Source of the DNA: a virus
Direction: 5' to 3' (one strand)
DNA: 45,544 bases
Virus record (IMG/VR): IMGVR_UViG_3300014205_000077
Coordinates: 1 to 45,544 of that record
Numbering within the stretch: the first letter of the stretch is position 1; each line of letters opens with the position of its first letter. This document shows positions 31,380-40,290 of the stretch, piece by piece. Made by a program: the position numbers and the translations under genes. Below the pieces are notes generated by a model, which did no database searches, was not told the DNA's origin, and saw only the letters and a program-made list of their open reading frames with translations.

Positions 31380-33707
31380 ATGATAACTTTATTATTGTTT
31401 TTGTTAAACGCAAATTCGTCTCCCGACTTACAAATGAAAACTCTTACGGTTGCGCAGGTGCTCCCATATATGAGTTATACGGAGTCTTTTAGAACCTTTG
31501 GCACATTAAAATACCCTTTCTATAAATACTATGGCAAAAACGCTTATTTCACAGGCGGATTATTTCAAACATTGGAGAAATCAATTTATGGACAATTCAA
31601 AACAGATACGGCTCACTTTTACTGTTATGCGCAATTTGACAGTGGTGCGAATATAACAGGTGGTGCGTGGATAGATAGTTCAAGGTGGGCGGATAGTTCT
31701 TTATATTCAGATACTTCAGGTTATTCATTAAACTCCGACTTATTAGATGGACATCACGGAACTTATTACACAAACCATACTTTCACGTGGACAAGAGCCA
31801 CAGACAGTCTAGCAATTATAGACAGTGCTTCTACAAAATACGTTAAAATTCAATCCGTTGACAGTGCGGATTACTCAACTAATTCGGGAACTTCAGACAG
31901 TGCAAGAGTGGCGGGGAATTCGTGGCACTTAAACAATATTCATAGCGGACAGTTTTTACGCAAAGATAAACAGGACAGTACTTTATACCACGACATATAC
32001 CATATCTGGCATCCTGAAAGCGTATCTGTTTTAGGTATGACAGGCGTTCAGATACTCGGCTCAAGGGCAGTAACTAAGAACGATAAAGGTGTTCAGGGAC
32101 TTTATGTAAAAACAGAATATAAAAATTGGGACTCAACGAATGGTGTGGCAAATAGTGAAATACAATCAGCGAATTTCGTAACGGAAGTTACAGGTGCAAG
32201 TCAACCTTATACACAATACTTTTTAGGTGTGGAAGGATGGGTAGGAACGGAAGCAGGGGACACGATAGAACGAGTGCAGTTGTCAGCAGTAAGAGGATTG
32301 GCAGACGCTTTGCACGGCAAGATAGGTGCAGGTGTTGACTTAAATGCTTTCAAGGGAAGTGTTTATAGTAATTCTTTAACGGGTTACCAAAAGGGTTTAT
32401 ATTTAGGATTTGCAACAAATGGTAGAGGTGCAACTTATGGGGTTTATGCACCAATGACGGGTATTATAAGAAACGCTGATATGTATGGCGGGTTTTATGA
32501 TGTTCAGAACGACACTACAAACATAAACGGACAAAAGGTTTATGGTTTATATTCACGGGCAAGAACAAAGGATAATGCAAGTAGCTCAATTCTAAGATAC
32601 GGTATATGGGCGGAAAATGATAGCAATGGTGCGGCAGGATACTTTAAGACAAACGCATTAAATAAAGTCAACGCTATTTATGCAGTAGGCAATATTCAAA
32701 CGACTGATACTGTAGTTGCGGCAACAGTAAGAGCAGATAGTTTTATTGGTGGGATAAGAAAACAGGCAACTTGCATTTTATCAGATACTGCAATAAAGAT
32801 AAGAGGAGATAGTGTTTTAAGAGCAGGTTTATTGAATGGTCATACATTGGCGTATCATAATAATACTATGTTTCAAACTGTAAGATATGTAGGAGTAAGG
32901 GACAGTGCAGGGAGAGATAGTTTAATTCCTAAGTATGCGGATACTACAGGATATGCAATTCTTGCGGCAAAACAAGCAACTTGTGTTCTTGCGGACACCG
33001 CAATAAAAGTAAGGTTTGATAGCACAGGTAAATCGGGAGTTTCGTATAGTTCTCACTGTGCAGACAGTATTAACTTAGCAGCACTCGCACCCACGGCGAT
33101 AACGTATTATCCTTTATTGGCGGTTGACAATGCAGGACATGAACAGGCAAGGATTTCAACGGCAATAGATTACACAGGAACAACTTTTTCAGCTCCGAGT
33201 TTTGCAGGGGCTTTAACAGGTAACGTAACGGGCAATTGCACAGGAAGTTCGGGAAGTTGCACAGGGAACGCGGCTACTGTAACCACAAATGCAAACCTAA
33301 CAGGAGACGCTACTTCAGTCGGGAACGCAACGACTGTTGTGCAATCTACAGGAGCATTTAAGGTAGGGACTTTCTTAGCAATGCCTGCAAGGTCAGTTGC
33401 AACTTTGGCTAATACTGATACTTTAATCTCTCCGACTAATAGTTTTGTGTCTATAACGGGACCGACAGCGGGATTCAAACTTGTAGGATTAGCAACACCT
33501 TCCCCAGTCGCAAACAATGTAATTTTTCTAATGAATAACACTTCGCAAGTAATGACTTTGAAAACATTAACAGGTTTTGGATTGCCCGCAGGTTACACAA
33601 GAATAAATACTTTAGGGGCGGATATTGCAACTACAGGGGCGGCAATGATAATTTTAATGTATGACCAGACAGGCGGAAGTTGGACTGTTTGCGGGAGTGC
33701 ATTATAA
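31380..33707 (+). CDS. putative tail fibre / receptor-binding protein
   Basis: 775 aa; fibre-like segment FAGALTGNVTGNCTGSSGSCTGNAATVTTNANLTGDATSVGNATTV; ATG 31380 preferred over GTG 31371. Confidence 0.5.
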   Translation: MITLLLFLLNANSSPDLQMKTLTVAQVLPYMSYTESFRTFGTLKYPFYKYYGKNAYFTGGLFQTLEKSIYGQFKTDTAHFYCYAQFDSGANITGGAWIDSSRWADSSLYSDTSGYSLNSDLLDGHHGTYYTNHTFTWTRATDSLAIIDSASTKYVKIQSVDSADYSTNSGTSDSARVAGNSWHLNNIHSGQFLRKDKQDSTLYHDIYHIWHPESVSVLGMTGVQILGSRAVTKNDKGVQGLYVKTEYKNWDSTNGVANSEIQSANFVTEVTGASQPYTQYFLGVEGWVGTEAGDTIERVQLSAVRGLADALHGKIGAGVDLNAFKGSVYSNSLTGYQKGLYLGFATNGRGATYGVYAPMTGIIRNADMYGGFYDVQNDTTNINGQKVYGLYSRARTKDNASSSILRYGIWAENDSNGAAGYFKTNALNKVNAIYAVGNIQTTDTVVAATVRADSFIGGIRKQATCILSDTAIKIRGDSVLRAGLLNGHTLAYHNNTMFQTVRYVGVRDSAGRDSLIPKYADTTGYAILAAKQATCVLADTAIKVRFDSTGKSGVSYSSHCADSINLAALAPTAITYYPLLAVDNAGHEQARISTAIDYTGTTFSAPSFAGALTGNVTGNCTGSSGSCTGNAATVTTNANLTGDATSVGNATTVVQSTGAFKVGTFLAMPARSVATLANTDTLISPTNSFVSITGPTAGFKLVGLATPSPVANNVIFLMNNTSQVMTLKTLTGFGLPAGYTRINTLGADIATTGAAMIILMYDQTGGSWTVCGSAL

Positions 33708-33718
33708 AAAGGAGTTAA

Positions 33719-34078
33719 ATGCCAGAAAAAAGAATAACCTTAGAAATGGTCGGGCAGAAGTTAGCTTCTTCCGATTTGTTTTCTAAGGACAATATTAAGT
33801 TTTTAATCTGGGCTTTGATGATTATATTTGGAGTATCAGCTTTTGGAGTTCGGACAGTTGATAGAGCTAATGAAGTGCCTGCAATTAAAGCACAGATAGA
33901 AAAGAATGAGGCGTGCAGTAAAGAGAAGTTTGACGAGATAAAAGAAACGATTGCAGAGCAGAAAACAGAAATGGCGGTTATTAATACGAAATTAGACTTT
34001 ATAGGCAAAACGCTTGATGAGAAAAGATATGAAGCGTATATGATTAAAGAAAGCGGTGGCAAAGGGTTAAAGAAATGA
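33719..34078 (+). CDS. TM plus coiled-coil protein (lysis-cassette candidate)
   Basis: TM FLIWALMIIFGVSAFGV followed by a charged helical region. Confidence 0.45.
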   Translation: MPEKRITLEMVGQKLASSDLFSKDNIKFLIWALMIIFGVSAFGVRTVDRANEVPAIKAQIEKNEACSKEKFDEIKETIAEQKTEMAVINTKLDFIGKTLDEKRYEAYMIKESGGKGLKK

Positions 34079-34179
34079 TAGAAGATAATCCGATTAAGTT
34101 GTTTGTGAAACTTGCGTCAATAGGATTGGCATTTATTGTCGTGTGCATTGTGGTTGTCTTTAAGGGGTTAGACATATGA
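34075..34179 (+). CDS. small single-TM peptide (34 aa)
   Basis: My translation MIEDNPIKLFVKLASIGLAFIVVCIVVVFKGLDI; ATGA coupling. Confidence 0.35.
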   Translation: MIEDNPIKLFVKLASIGLAFIVVCIVVVFKGLDI

Positions 34180-34192
34180 AAAAGGGGGGGAA

Positions 34193-34603
34193 ATGTTAAT
34201 ATTATTGCTTTCGTTAATTTGTGGTTATGAGTGGGATTCTAATTATACACAGTTTGTTTGGAGACCAGAGACAGCAGTTATGGAAAATGGGGATACGGTA
34301 AAAATACTTAATCCTAAACAAACCGTTTCTATTTCTGATTACAGGGAAATGCAGTTACGGAATAAAGCGGAGGATTTGATAAAATCAGATTCAACTTTGA
34401 GGGACGCATTACTTACCGAAACGAGCAAAAGAATGTTATTAAACATAGATTTGCGAACACAACAGTTAAGAATAGATGAACTTGAAGAAAACGTTCAGAG
34501 TTTGGAGCGTATGAACTCCGACCACAATATTTTTATTGCGGCGGGAACGGTTCAAACAATTGCAATAATTCTTTTAAGCATAAAAGTATTTTCAATTAAA
34601 TAA
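34193..34603 (+). CDS. protein with N- and C-terminal hydrophobic segments and a central coiled coil (spanin-like candidate)
   Basis: MLILLLSLICG ... IFIAAGTVQTIAIILLSIKVF. Confidence 0.4.
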   Translation: MLILLLSLICGYEWDSNYTQFVWRPETAVMENGDTVKILNPKQTVSISDYREMQLRNKAEDLIKSDSTLRDALLTETSKRMLLNIDLRTQQLRIDELEENVQSLERMNSDHNIFIAAGTVQTIAIILLSIKVFSIK

Positions 34604-34722
34604 AATGATACCTACAAACAAATGCTTAAAAACTGAAAGTGGTTGCGACTATAGGATAGATTTAGGTGGCGGGGATATTAGGTGTAGCAATGTCAATGAG
34701 TGCAAGGATAAGATTATAAACG

Positions 34723-35082
34723 ATGATAGGAGGAAACATTAAACTTTACTTAGAGCAGGCGAGTTTTTTACAAGATGTTATTGAATTAATTGCGTTTAGT
34801 TATGGCAAGGGATACGTCGTAACAGGTGGCGAACTATTCCGCACGACAGAGCAACAACAGATTTATATTGATACGGGAAAGTAAATTACTACAAATTCAA
34901 TGCACCTGAAAAAATGCGCTATTGACTTAAATTTCTTTAAGAGTGGAAATGGGGAACTGGTGCAGGATAAAGATAGTTTGCAAGAGATAGGAAATTATTG
35001 GGAAAGTTTATCAAAATTTAATAGGTGGGGTGGGAACTTCAAAAGCTTTATAGACACACCCCACTTTGAGAGGTATGTATGA
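34723..35082 (+). pseudogene. M15-family (VanY / L-alanyl-D-glutamate) zinc peptidase, endolysin-like, interrupted by an in-frame TAA at 34882-34884
   Basis: Same frame on both sides: ...GGELFRTTEQQQIYIDTGK*ITTNSMHLKKCAIDLNFF...WGGNFKSFIDTPHFE; H-x6-D and D-x2-H zinc ligands lie downstream of the stop. Confidence 0.65.
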
Positions 35083-35372
35083 TAATATTATTTTTGATGT
35101 TACAAACCAACACACTTAACATTGACAGTATCATAAAAGAGAATACGATTACAATTCAACCCGACAGTCAAACAGTAATTCAACCATACACTTATGAGCT
35201 TGATACGGCAATGATAAACAAAGTAATGCAAGCATATACGCCAAAACCAATTAAAACAGTCTCTAATGTAAAGAAATGGGCAAAGGTTGGACTTTGGAGT
35301 TATGGTTGTGTAGTGGCGGGTAATGTTTGGTTAATAATAGCAACAACGATAATCTTGTTTAGGGGAAAATAA
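35079..35372 (+). CDS. protein with C-terminal TM (97 aa)
   Basis: VGLWSYGCVVAGNVWLIIATTIILF. Confidence 0.45.
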   Translation: MIILFLMLQTNTLNIDSIIKENTITIQPDSQTVIQPYTYELDTAMINKVMQAYTPKPIKTVSNVKKWAKVGLWSYGCVVAGNVWLIIATTIILFRGK

Positions 35373-35474
35373 TGAACGTTCATAAATCAATAACCTATAT
35401 GGGTATTGTAGAACATAGGCAAGGTGTTTTATTCCTTGCCACAAGGAGAAAATGAGCATAGAAAAAAATTATGC

Positions 35475-35503
35475 TTGACACTTGCCTTATCGTGCATTAT
35501 GTA
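35475..35503 (+). promoter_or_regulatory. possible internal promoter (TTGACA-17-TATGTA)
   Basis: atgcTTGACA shared with the 38851 copy; weak -10 element. Confidence 0.35.
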
Positions 35504-35546
35504 TATATGTATAGGGAATAATAGTGATAAAAAAAGGGGGGGATAT

Positions 35547-35756
35547 ATGACAAACGAAGTAAAGCCTGCGAGCCAGAGTATGACGATATGGTCTATAATT
35601 ATTGGACTATTGAGCTTTTTGGCTACTTATGTTTTTGCAGATAAACCTGAAATAGTGCAGTTGCTTAAAGCTCTTGTTGGGTTGTGTGTAGCATTCACTG
35701 GTATAGGTATGAGAAAAGGGATTGGGAAACCAATAACTTTTGGACAGAAAAAATAA
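35547..35756 (+). CDS. two-TM small membrane protein (holin-like, 69 aa)
   Basis: RBS AAGGGGGGGATAT-ATG; TMs IWSIIIGLLSFLATYVF and LVGLCVAFTGIGM. Confidence 0.45.
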   Translation: MTNEVKPASQSMTIWSIIIGLLSFLATYVFADKPEIVQLLKALVGLCVAFTGIGMRKGIGKPITFGQKK

Positions 35757-35867
35757 TGAATACTGGAGACGATATAAAAGGGCGTATAATTAATAACCAA
35801 ACATATGATACTAAATATTTTTTATATGAGGATACTTTTTGTGTCGTCTCCAATATTTAACTAAACT

Positions 35868-38588
35868 ATGTCAAAACCATTATATTTTCCAATAACTAAA
35901 TTTGGAGGATTGGATGAATACTCCCACGAAGTTCTTTATCCTTCTGGGAATTCTCCGACTATCAATAATGGATTGTGTGATGAACGTGGTGCGTTAATGG
36001 CTTGGAAAGGCGCAAACTTCTCGCAGTTCTTTGGATACGACACTTCCGCATTAACTTACACAAAGACAGATGAATATATAGTGCAATATGACAAGGTGTG
36101 GTGTGAGAGTTTGGGGATAGGCGTTATTGTTCAAACAAGGAATACAACTGAACAAAAAGTATATTGGACTCAAGATATGTTGACCTTTGTTTATATCTGC
36201 ACAATGGGAACGCCCAATATTTATAATGTAAATGTTTTGTCTTACAAGGGATTAGTATTTTTATGCAATGGATTATCTGCAATTAAGATATGGGATGGAC
36301 ACGCAGTTTCAAATTTAACAGATAGCAATGTTTCGGGGACTTATCCGACTTATATGGCGGGAAAGGTTGGGCTTGTTGGTTTCAGGAATGTAATATTTTA
36401 CGGTAACTTGCCTAATCATCCTTCGGGTTTTATATATAATAACTTTAAGGATAAAGAAGGTTTCCCTGTATTGCCATTGTATTCAGACAGTTGGTTGACT
36501 TCTAACATAACCGACTTGCCAGATTTGGGTGTATTGGTAGGATTAAGACCACTTACACAAGATATATTAGGAGTATTCGGCACTAATGGGATTTATGGTG
36601 TTGTATGGGGAGAGGAGTTCCCAATACAGGCAATTAAATTATCAGATGTAAGTTGTTTAGAGGGAGATTACTTTGACACTAAGAAATTAAATATACCGTT
36701 AGCATTTGATACAGACAAAAAGTTATTCTTAGGAATGGACAGTAAAACGTGGAAAGAAGTGTTAAGGGTAAGGGATACAATAGCAGGACAAGTTTACCGT
36801 AAAGAAAATCAGTTATTCTTAAATACAAAGCCAGAGTTTGAAACAGGATACGGAATTGTTGACAAATACGGAACTGTAATAACGGCAGGCGGGGCAAGTG
36901 ATGGACAAACAACAGCGGATATTATAAGAGATTATTTAATACCTGCGGTTAAACATAATCCAACTTTTACAATGACTGCGGCAACAGGAGTAGTAACAGC
37001 AACAGAATGTAAGGTTGGGGAATATAATGAGGATGACTTGACAGACGCAGTTGATTATGGTGGTATTGGATTAAAAGATGAATGTTGTGCGCAATCTTTT
37101 AGAGCAGGTGGATTTTTAGATGATTATAACAATAACCCTTATATGTTAAAACATACTAAGGTTATGGTTAGAAGTTGTGGGGCTGATTGGAGTGCATTAA
37201 AATATACAACAATAGAATGGGAACTTGTTGAATATGACAAGTTGCCAGAGAAAGTAACCGACTTTACAGGAAAAATATTAGCACATTATAGTTCTACGGT
37301 AAGAGAACATTTGATAAATTTTCCAGGTGCTGTATGGATTGATATAAATTGGCAAAAAGTAGGAACAACAACGGCAGTTGCAATAAGATTAGAAGTAGAT
37401 AAGATATATTTTATAAGAGCAAAATATGTAAGCACTGACAATGGGACAACAAGTAAGTTTTATTGGTATTCTACCAATAACGATATTATAACATCTGCTT
37501 ATTCAGAAGGTTGGACTTGGACACCTACACAAAATCCCGATACGGAAACTTGTTATGTTTTTAAGAACTACTACGCACCTTGTTCACTTCTTGCAGATAA
37601 CGCCAATGGTCAATCTCGTTGGGATTCACAAGTTTATGAGTTCCCAAATTTAGCAAAAGCATTATTTGTAAGTGGGGATATGCTAATATCAAATGGGTCT
37701 AATCATACTCCAGAACAAACTTATGGAGAAATAGGATATAGACATTCTACTGCCACTTGGTCTCCATTAGCGGCAACGCCTACTTGGGGATATAGTTTAG
37801 TAAACCCTCCCGCAGGTGCTTTAGGGGAACAACAATATACAACGATAAGCACAAACTTGTCAACAATAACGGATAAGTTCTGGCAATTCTTTTTTGTAAG
37901 TGGAGACACCCAAGAAGGGTTTGGAATTGCAAAATGCAAGAGCATTAGGTTTGTTTACTTAACAACAGATGGTAGAATAGCTTGTTGGCAATATCAGGAC
38001 AATAATTGGATTATGATTAACGACGTTGCTTTAGTAATGAATAAAACAGGTTGGTATAAGAATGCAACTATAGAAACAGATAAAGGGCAACCGCTTAAAT
38101 TATGTAGTATGGTTGATATAGGGAACAAATTGTATGGTAGTATGGGAACTAATCAAATAACAAGCAAGTATGGCTTCATAGAGCTTACAAACGACTCCTA
38201 TCAAGATGCCAGTGGCAATGAAATAAAAATTACTTTGTCAACTGGAAAAATAGATTGTGGACATCCATTGTCAGAAAAGAATTTTGACGAGATGTGGGTA
38301 ATAGAAGAAAGTATATATTCTAAAGCTACTCCTTGTTTGTTGGAATTCCAAACAGAAAAGAACGCAACGGCATTAACAATTACGCCAACAACTATGCCAA
38401 CAACTTCCGTATCATTAATTCCAGGAATAAGGGCTTGGAAATATCAATTCAAAGAAAGTATTAATGGACATTGGATAAAGTTTAATAAGATAGAAGTTAG
38501 TAAAAGATATGTAACAAAGATACTTGGTATAATAATAAAGTATAGGCTTAAACAACCAGAGTTTATGTATCAGAATATAACACAATAA
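35868..38588 (+). CDS. large virion structural protein (906 aa; tail/nozzle-like by size and position)
   Basis: Long ORF in the structural arm; no motif recognised. Confidence 0.5.
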   Translation: MSKPLYFPITKFGGLDEYSHEVLYPSGNSPTINNGLCDERGALMAWKGANFSQFFGYDTSALTYTKTDEYIVQYDKVWCESLGIGVIVQTRNTTEQKVYWTQDMLTFVYICTMGTPNIYNVNVLSYKGLVFLCNGLSAIKIWDGHAVSNLTDSNVSGTYPTYMAGKVGLVGFRNVIFYGNLPNHPSGFIYNNFKDKEGFPVLPLYSDSWLTSNITDLPDLGVLVGLRPLTQDILGVFGTNGIYGVVWGEEFPIQAIKLSDVSCLEGDYFDTKKLNIPLAFDTDKKLFLGMDSKTWKEVLRVRDTIAGQVYRKENQLFLNTKPEFETGYGIVDKYGTVITAGGASDGQTTADIIRDYLIPAVKHNPTFTMTAATGVVTATECKVGEYNEDDLTDAVDYGGIGLKDECCAQSFRAGGFLDDYNNNPYMLKHTKVMVRSCGADWSALKYTTIEWELVEYDKLPEKVTDFTGKILAHYSSTVREHLINFPGAVWIDINWQKVGTTTAVAIRLEVDKIYFIRAKYVSTDNGTTSKFYWYSTNNDIITSAYSEGWTWTPTQNPDTETCYVFKNYYAPCSLLADNANGQSRWDSQVYEFPNLAKALFVSGDMLISNGSNHTPEQTYGEIGYRHSTATWSPLAATPTWGYSLVNPPAGALGEQQYTTISTNLSTITDKFWQFFFVSGDTQEGFGIAKCKSIRFVYLTTDGRIACWQYQDNNWIMINDVALVMNKTGWYKNATIETDKGQPLKLCSMVDIGNKLYGSMGTNQITSKYGFIELTNDSYQDASGNEIKITLSTGKIDCGHPLSEKNFDEMWVIEESIYSKATPCLLEFQTEKNATALTITPTTMPTTSVSLIPGIRAWKYQFKESINGHWIKFNKIEVSKRYVTKILGIIIKYRLKQPEFMYQNITQ

Positions 38589-38589
38589 T

Positions 38590-38844
38590 ATGAGAATAAA
38601 TCTAAAGACCTACGATAGTTTGTTTGGCAATAGAGGTGTTCGTGGGATATCTAATGCGAAGGCAGTTAGATATACTGGCGTTAAACAAGGACAAGAAGTA
38701 AAACTAAATCACAATTTGGGAAGAAAGATAAATGGGGTTATGTCTCCTGATGGACAACCAGTAAATATAGTTAGGAGCGATACGCAAAGCATAACACTTT
38801 CAAATACTAACATTGGGGAGAGAAAGGAATTGATAATTTATTAA
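38590..38844 (+). CDS. hypothetical protein (84 aa)
   Basis: ORF directly after the 906-aa gene. Confidence 0.5.
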   Translation: MRINLKTYDSLFGNRGVRGISNAKAVRYTGVKQGQEVKLNHNLGRKINGVMSPDGQPVNIVRSDTQSITLSNTNIGERKELIIY

Positions 38845-38854
38845 TTATTTATGC

Positions 38855-38882
38855 TTGACAAACCTTATATAACGATTATAAT
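38855..38882 (+). promoter_or_regulatory. consensus promoter TTGACA-16-TATAAT, near-duplicate of the one at 23503
   Basis: cTTGACAaaccttatataacgatTATAAT. Confidence 0.7.
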
Positions 38883-38915
38883 AAAACTGTCGCTTGAAAT
38901 TAGTGGGAGGTAGAA

Positions 38916-39611
38916 ATGAATTATTCTTGGTTACTTGGTGGAGTAAATCCTTATTTGATGGGAGCTGGAGCAGTGGCTTCAATCTATGGGGCAACACGAA
39001 AGATACCTACCTACGACCCTAATAGTTATAAGGATTTCTATAGTGAAGGGGCAGTGAATACACAGTTCTCTCCTATACACGAAGCGATAGACCAAGAATT
39101 GCGCAGAACAAGAGGACAGGCGACTGAAAGATGGGGCAGTAGAGGGTTGTCGTATAGTCCTGGATATGGTAGTAATATGGAAAACATAGAAGGGAATGCT
39201 ATTAACAAACTTGCGGAAGCAAAAACTGGAATAGTAAATAATGAAATGACTAATGCGCATAGAATGGCATACGCAGATTATCAGAAGAAAGCAGATACGG
39301 CACAAGCGAATAAAGCTATGTGGACTAATCTCGGAGCTTCTCTTATTGGGTTGCCCATTAAAGAAAAGATGGAAGCCGACAAGATGACAAACACTGTTAA
39401 GTATATGCAACAGTTAGGATTAATCCCAAGAGATAAAGTGGCTACACTTGCATACTTAAAACAAAGTGGAGTTTCAGATTCAGTGTTAAAATATTATGAA
39501 CTTACTGGATTGTTAGGGGATACAGAAGATTGGAATAGTTATGGACAAAATCCAAATGGACAAAATCCATTCGGAACAAGTAACTATCCACAGTTTAACG
39601 GAGGGCAGTAA
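38916..39611 (+). CDS. putative internal virion / ejection protein (231 aa)
   Basis: RBS GGGAGGTAGAA-ATG; Gly/Asn/Gln-rich C-terminus; position before the giant protein. Confidence 0.45.
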   Translation: MNYSWLLGGVNPYLMGAGAVASIYGATRKIPTYDPNSYKDFYSEGAVNTQFSPIHEAIDQELRRTRGQATERWGSRGLSYSPGYGSNMENIEGNAINKLAEAKTGIVNNEMTNAHRMAYADYQKKADTAQANKAMWTNLGASLIGLPIKEKMEADKMTNTVKYMQQLGLIPRDKVATLAYLKQSGVSDSVLKYYELTGLLGDTEDWNSYGQNPNGQNPFGTSNYPQFNGGQ

Positions 39612-39612
39612 T

Positions 39613-40281
39613 ATGGGATTTGATAAATATAGTCCAGGGAATAACGGTTATTACGGGGTCAATCCTATCGTAGAGGCATTAACAGGGGCGATGAATAATA
39701 GGGGTAACGCAAACCCAGATATTGGTTTAATACAATCTATGTTAAAGGCAAAGAATGCAAAGACAGTGGCAGACGCATCAACAAAAGTGGCTCATCAAAA
39801 TCTTAAGGGAATAGTGATACAAAAAATGACAGACCTTATTGCACTAAATCCAGAAAAGGCAGATGAAATACGGAACTGGTTTAATGCTGGAGACTTAACG
39901 GAAGGTCAGGAAGACCCTGCAAAGAAATTCTTACCAACAGACCAGTCAATAAAACTAAATCCATTAACAGTAAAAAAAGACCCAGAAACAGTAGCAAAAA
40001 ATGAAGATGACTTAGAGCTTAGATATAGAATAATGATAAATGGCATAAAGAAAGATATGGCAGTTGAAGGGAAAATGACAAAAGAGGAATATTACAATGT
40101 GTTGACACGTTCTGGGAATCCATTAGAAGTTGGAGATATAGCTGGGATGTTTGACAGCAAAGATAAACTAACAAAAGAAGGAGTTTCAATATTGAGAAAC
40201 TTATCTTTATCTGGAAAAGCGAAGTATAAACAGAGATTCAAAACTGATTTTGATTTGGGGCAAGTTATTACTGGTTTTTAA
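39613..40281 (+). CDS. putative internal virion protein (222 aa from ATG 39613)
   Basis: RBS GGAGGGCAGTAAT-ATG. Confidence 0.45.
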   Translation: MGFDKYSPGNNGYYGVNPIVEALTGAMNNRGNANPDIGLIQSMLKAKNAKTVADASTKVAHQNLKGIVIQKMTDLIALNPEKADEIRNWFNAGDLTEGQEDPAKKFLPTDQSIKLNPLTVKKDPETVAKNEDDLELRYRIMINGIKKDMAVEGKMTKEEYYNVLTRSGNPLEVGDIAGMFDSKDKLTKEGVSILRNLSLSGKAKYKQRFKTDFDLGQVITGF

Positions 40282-40290
40282 TAAAATGAT

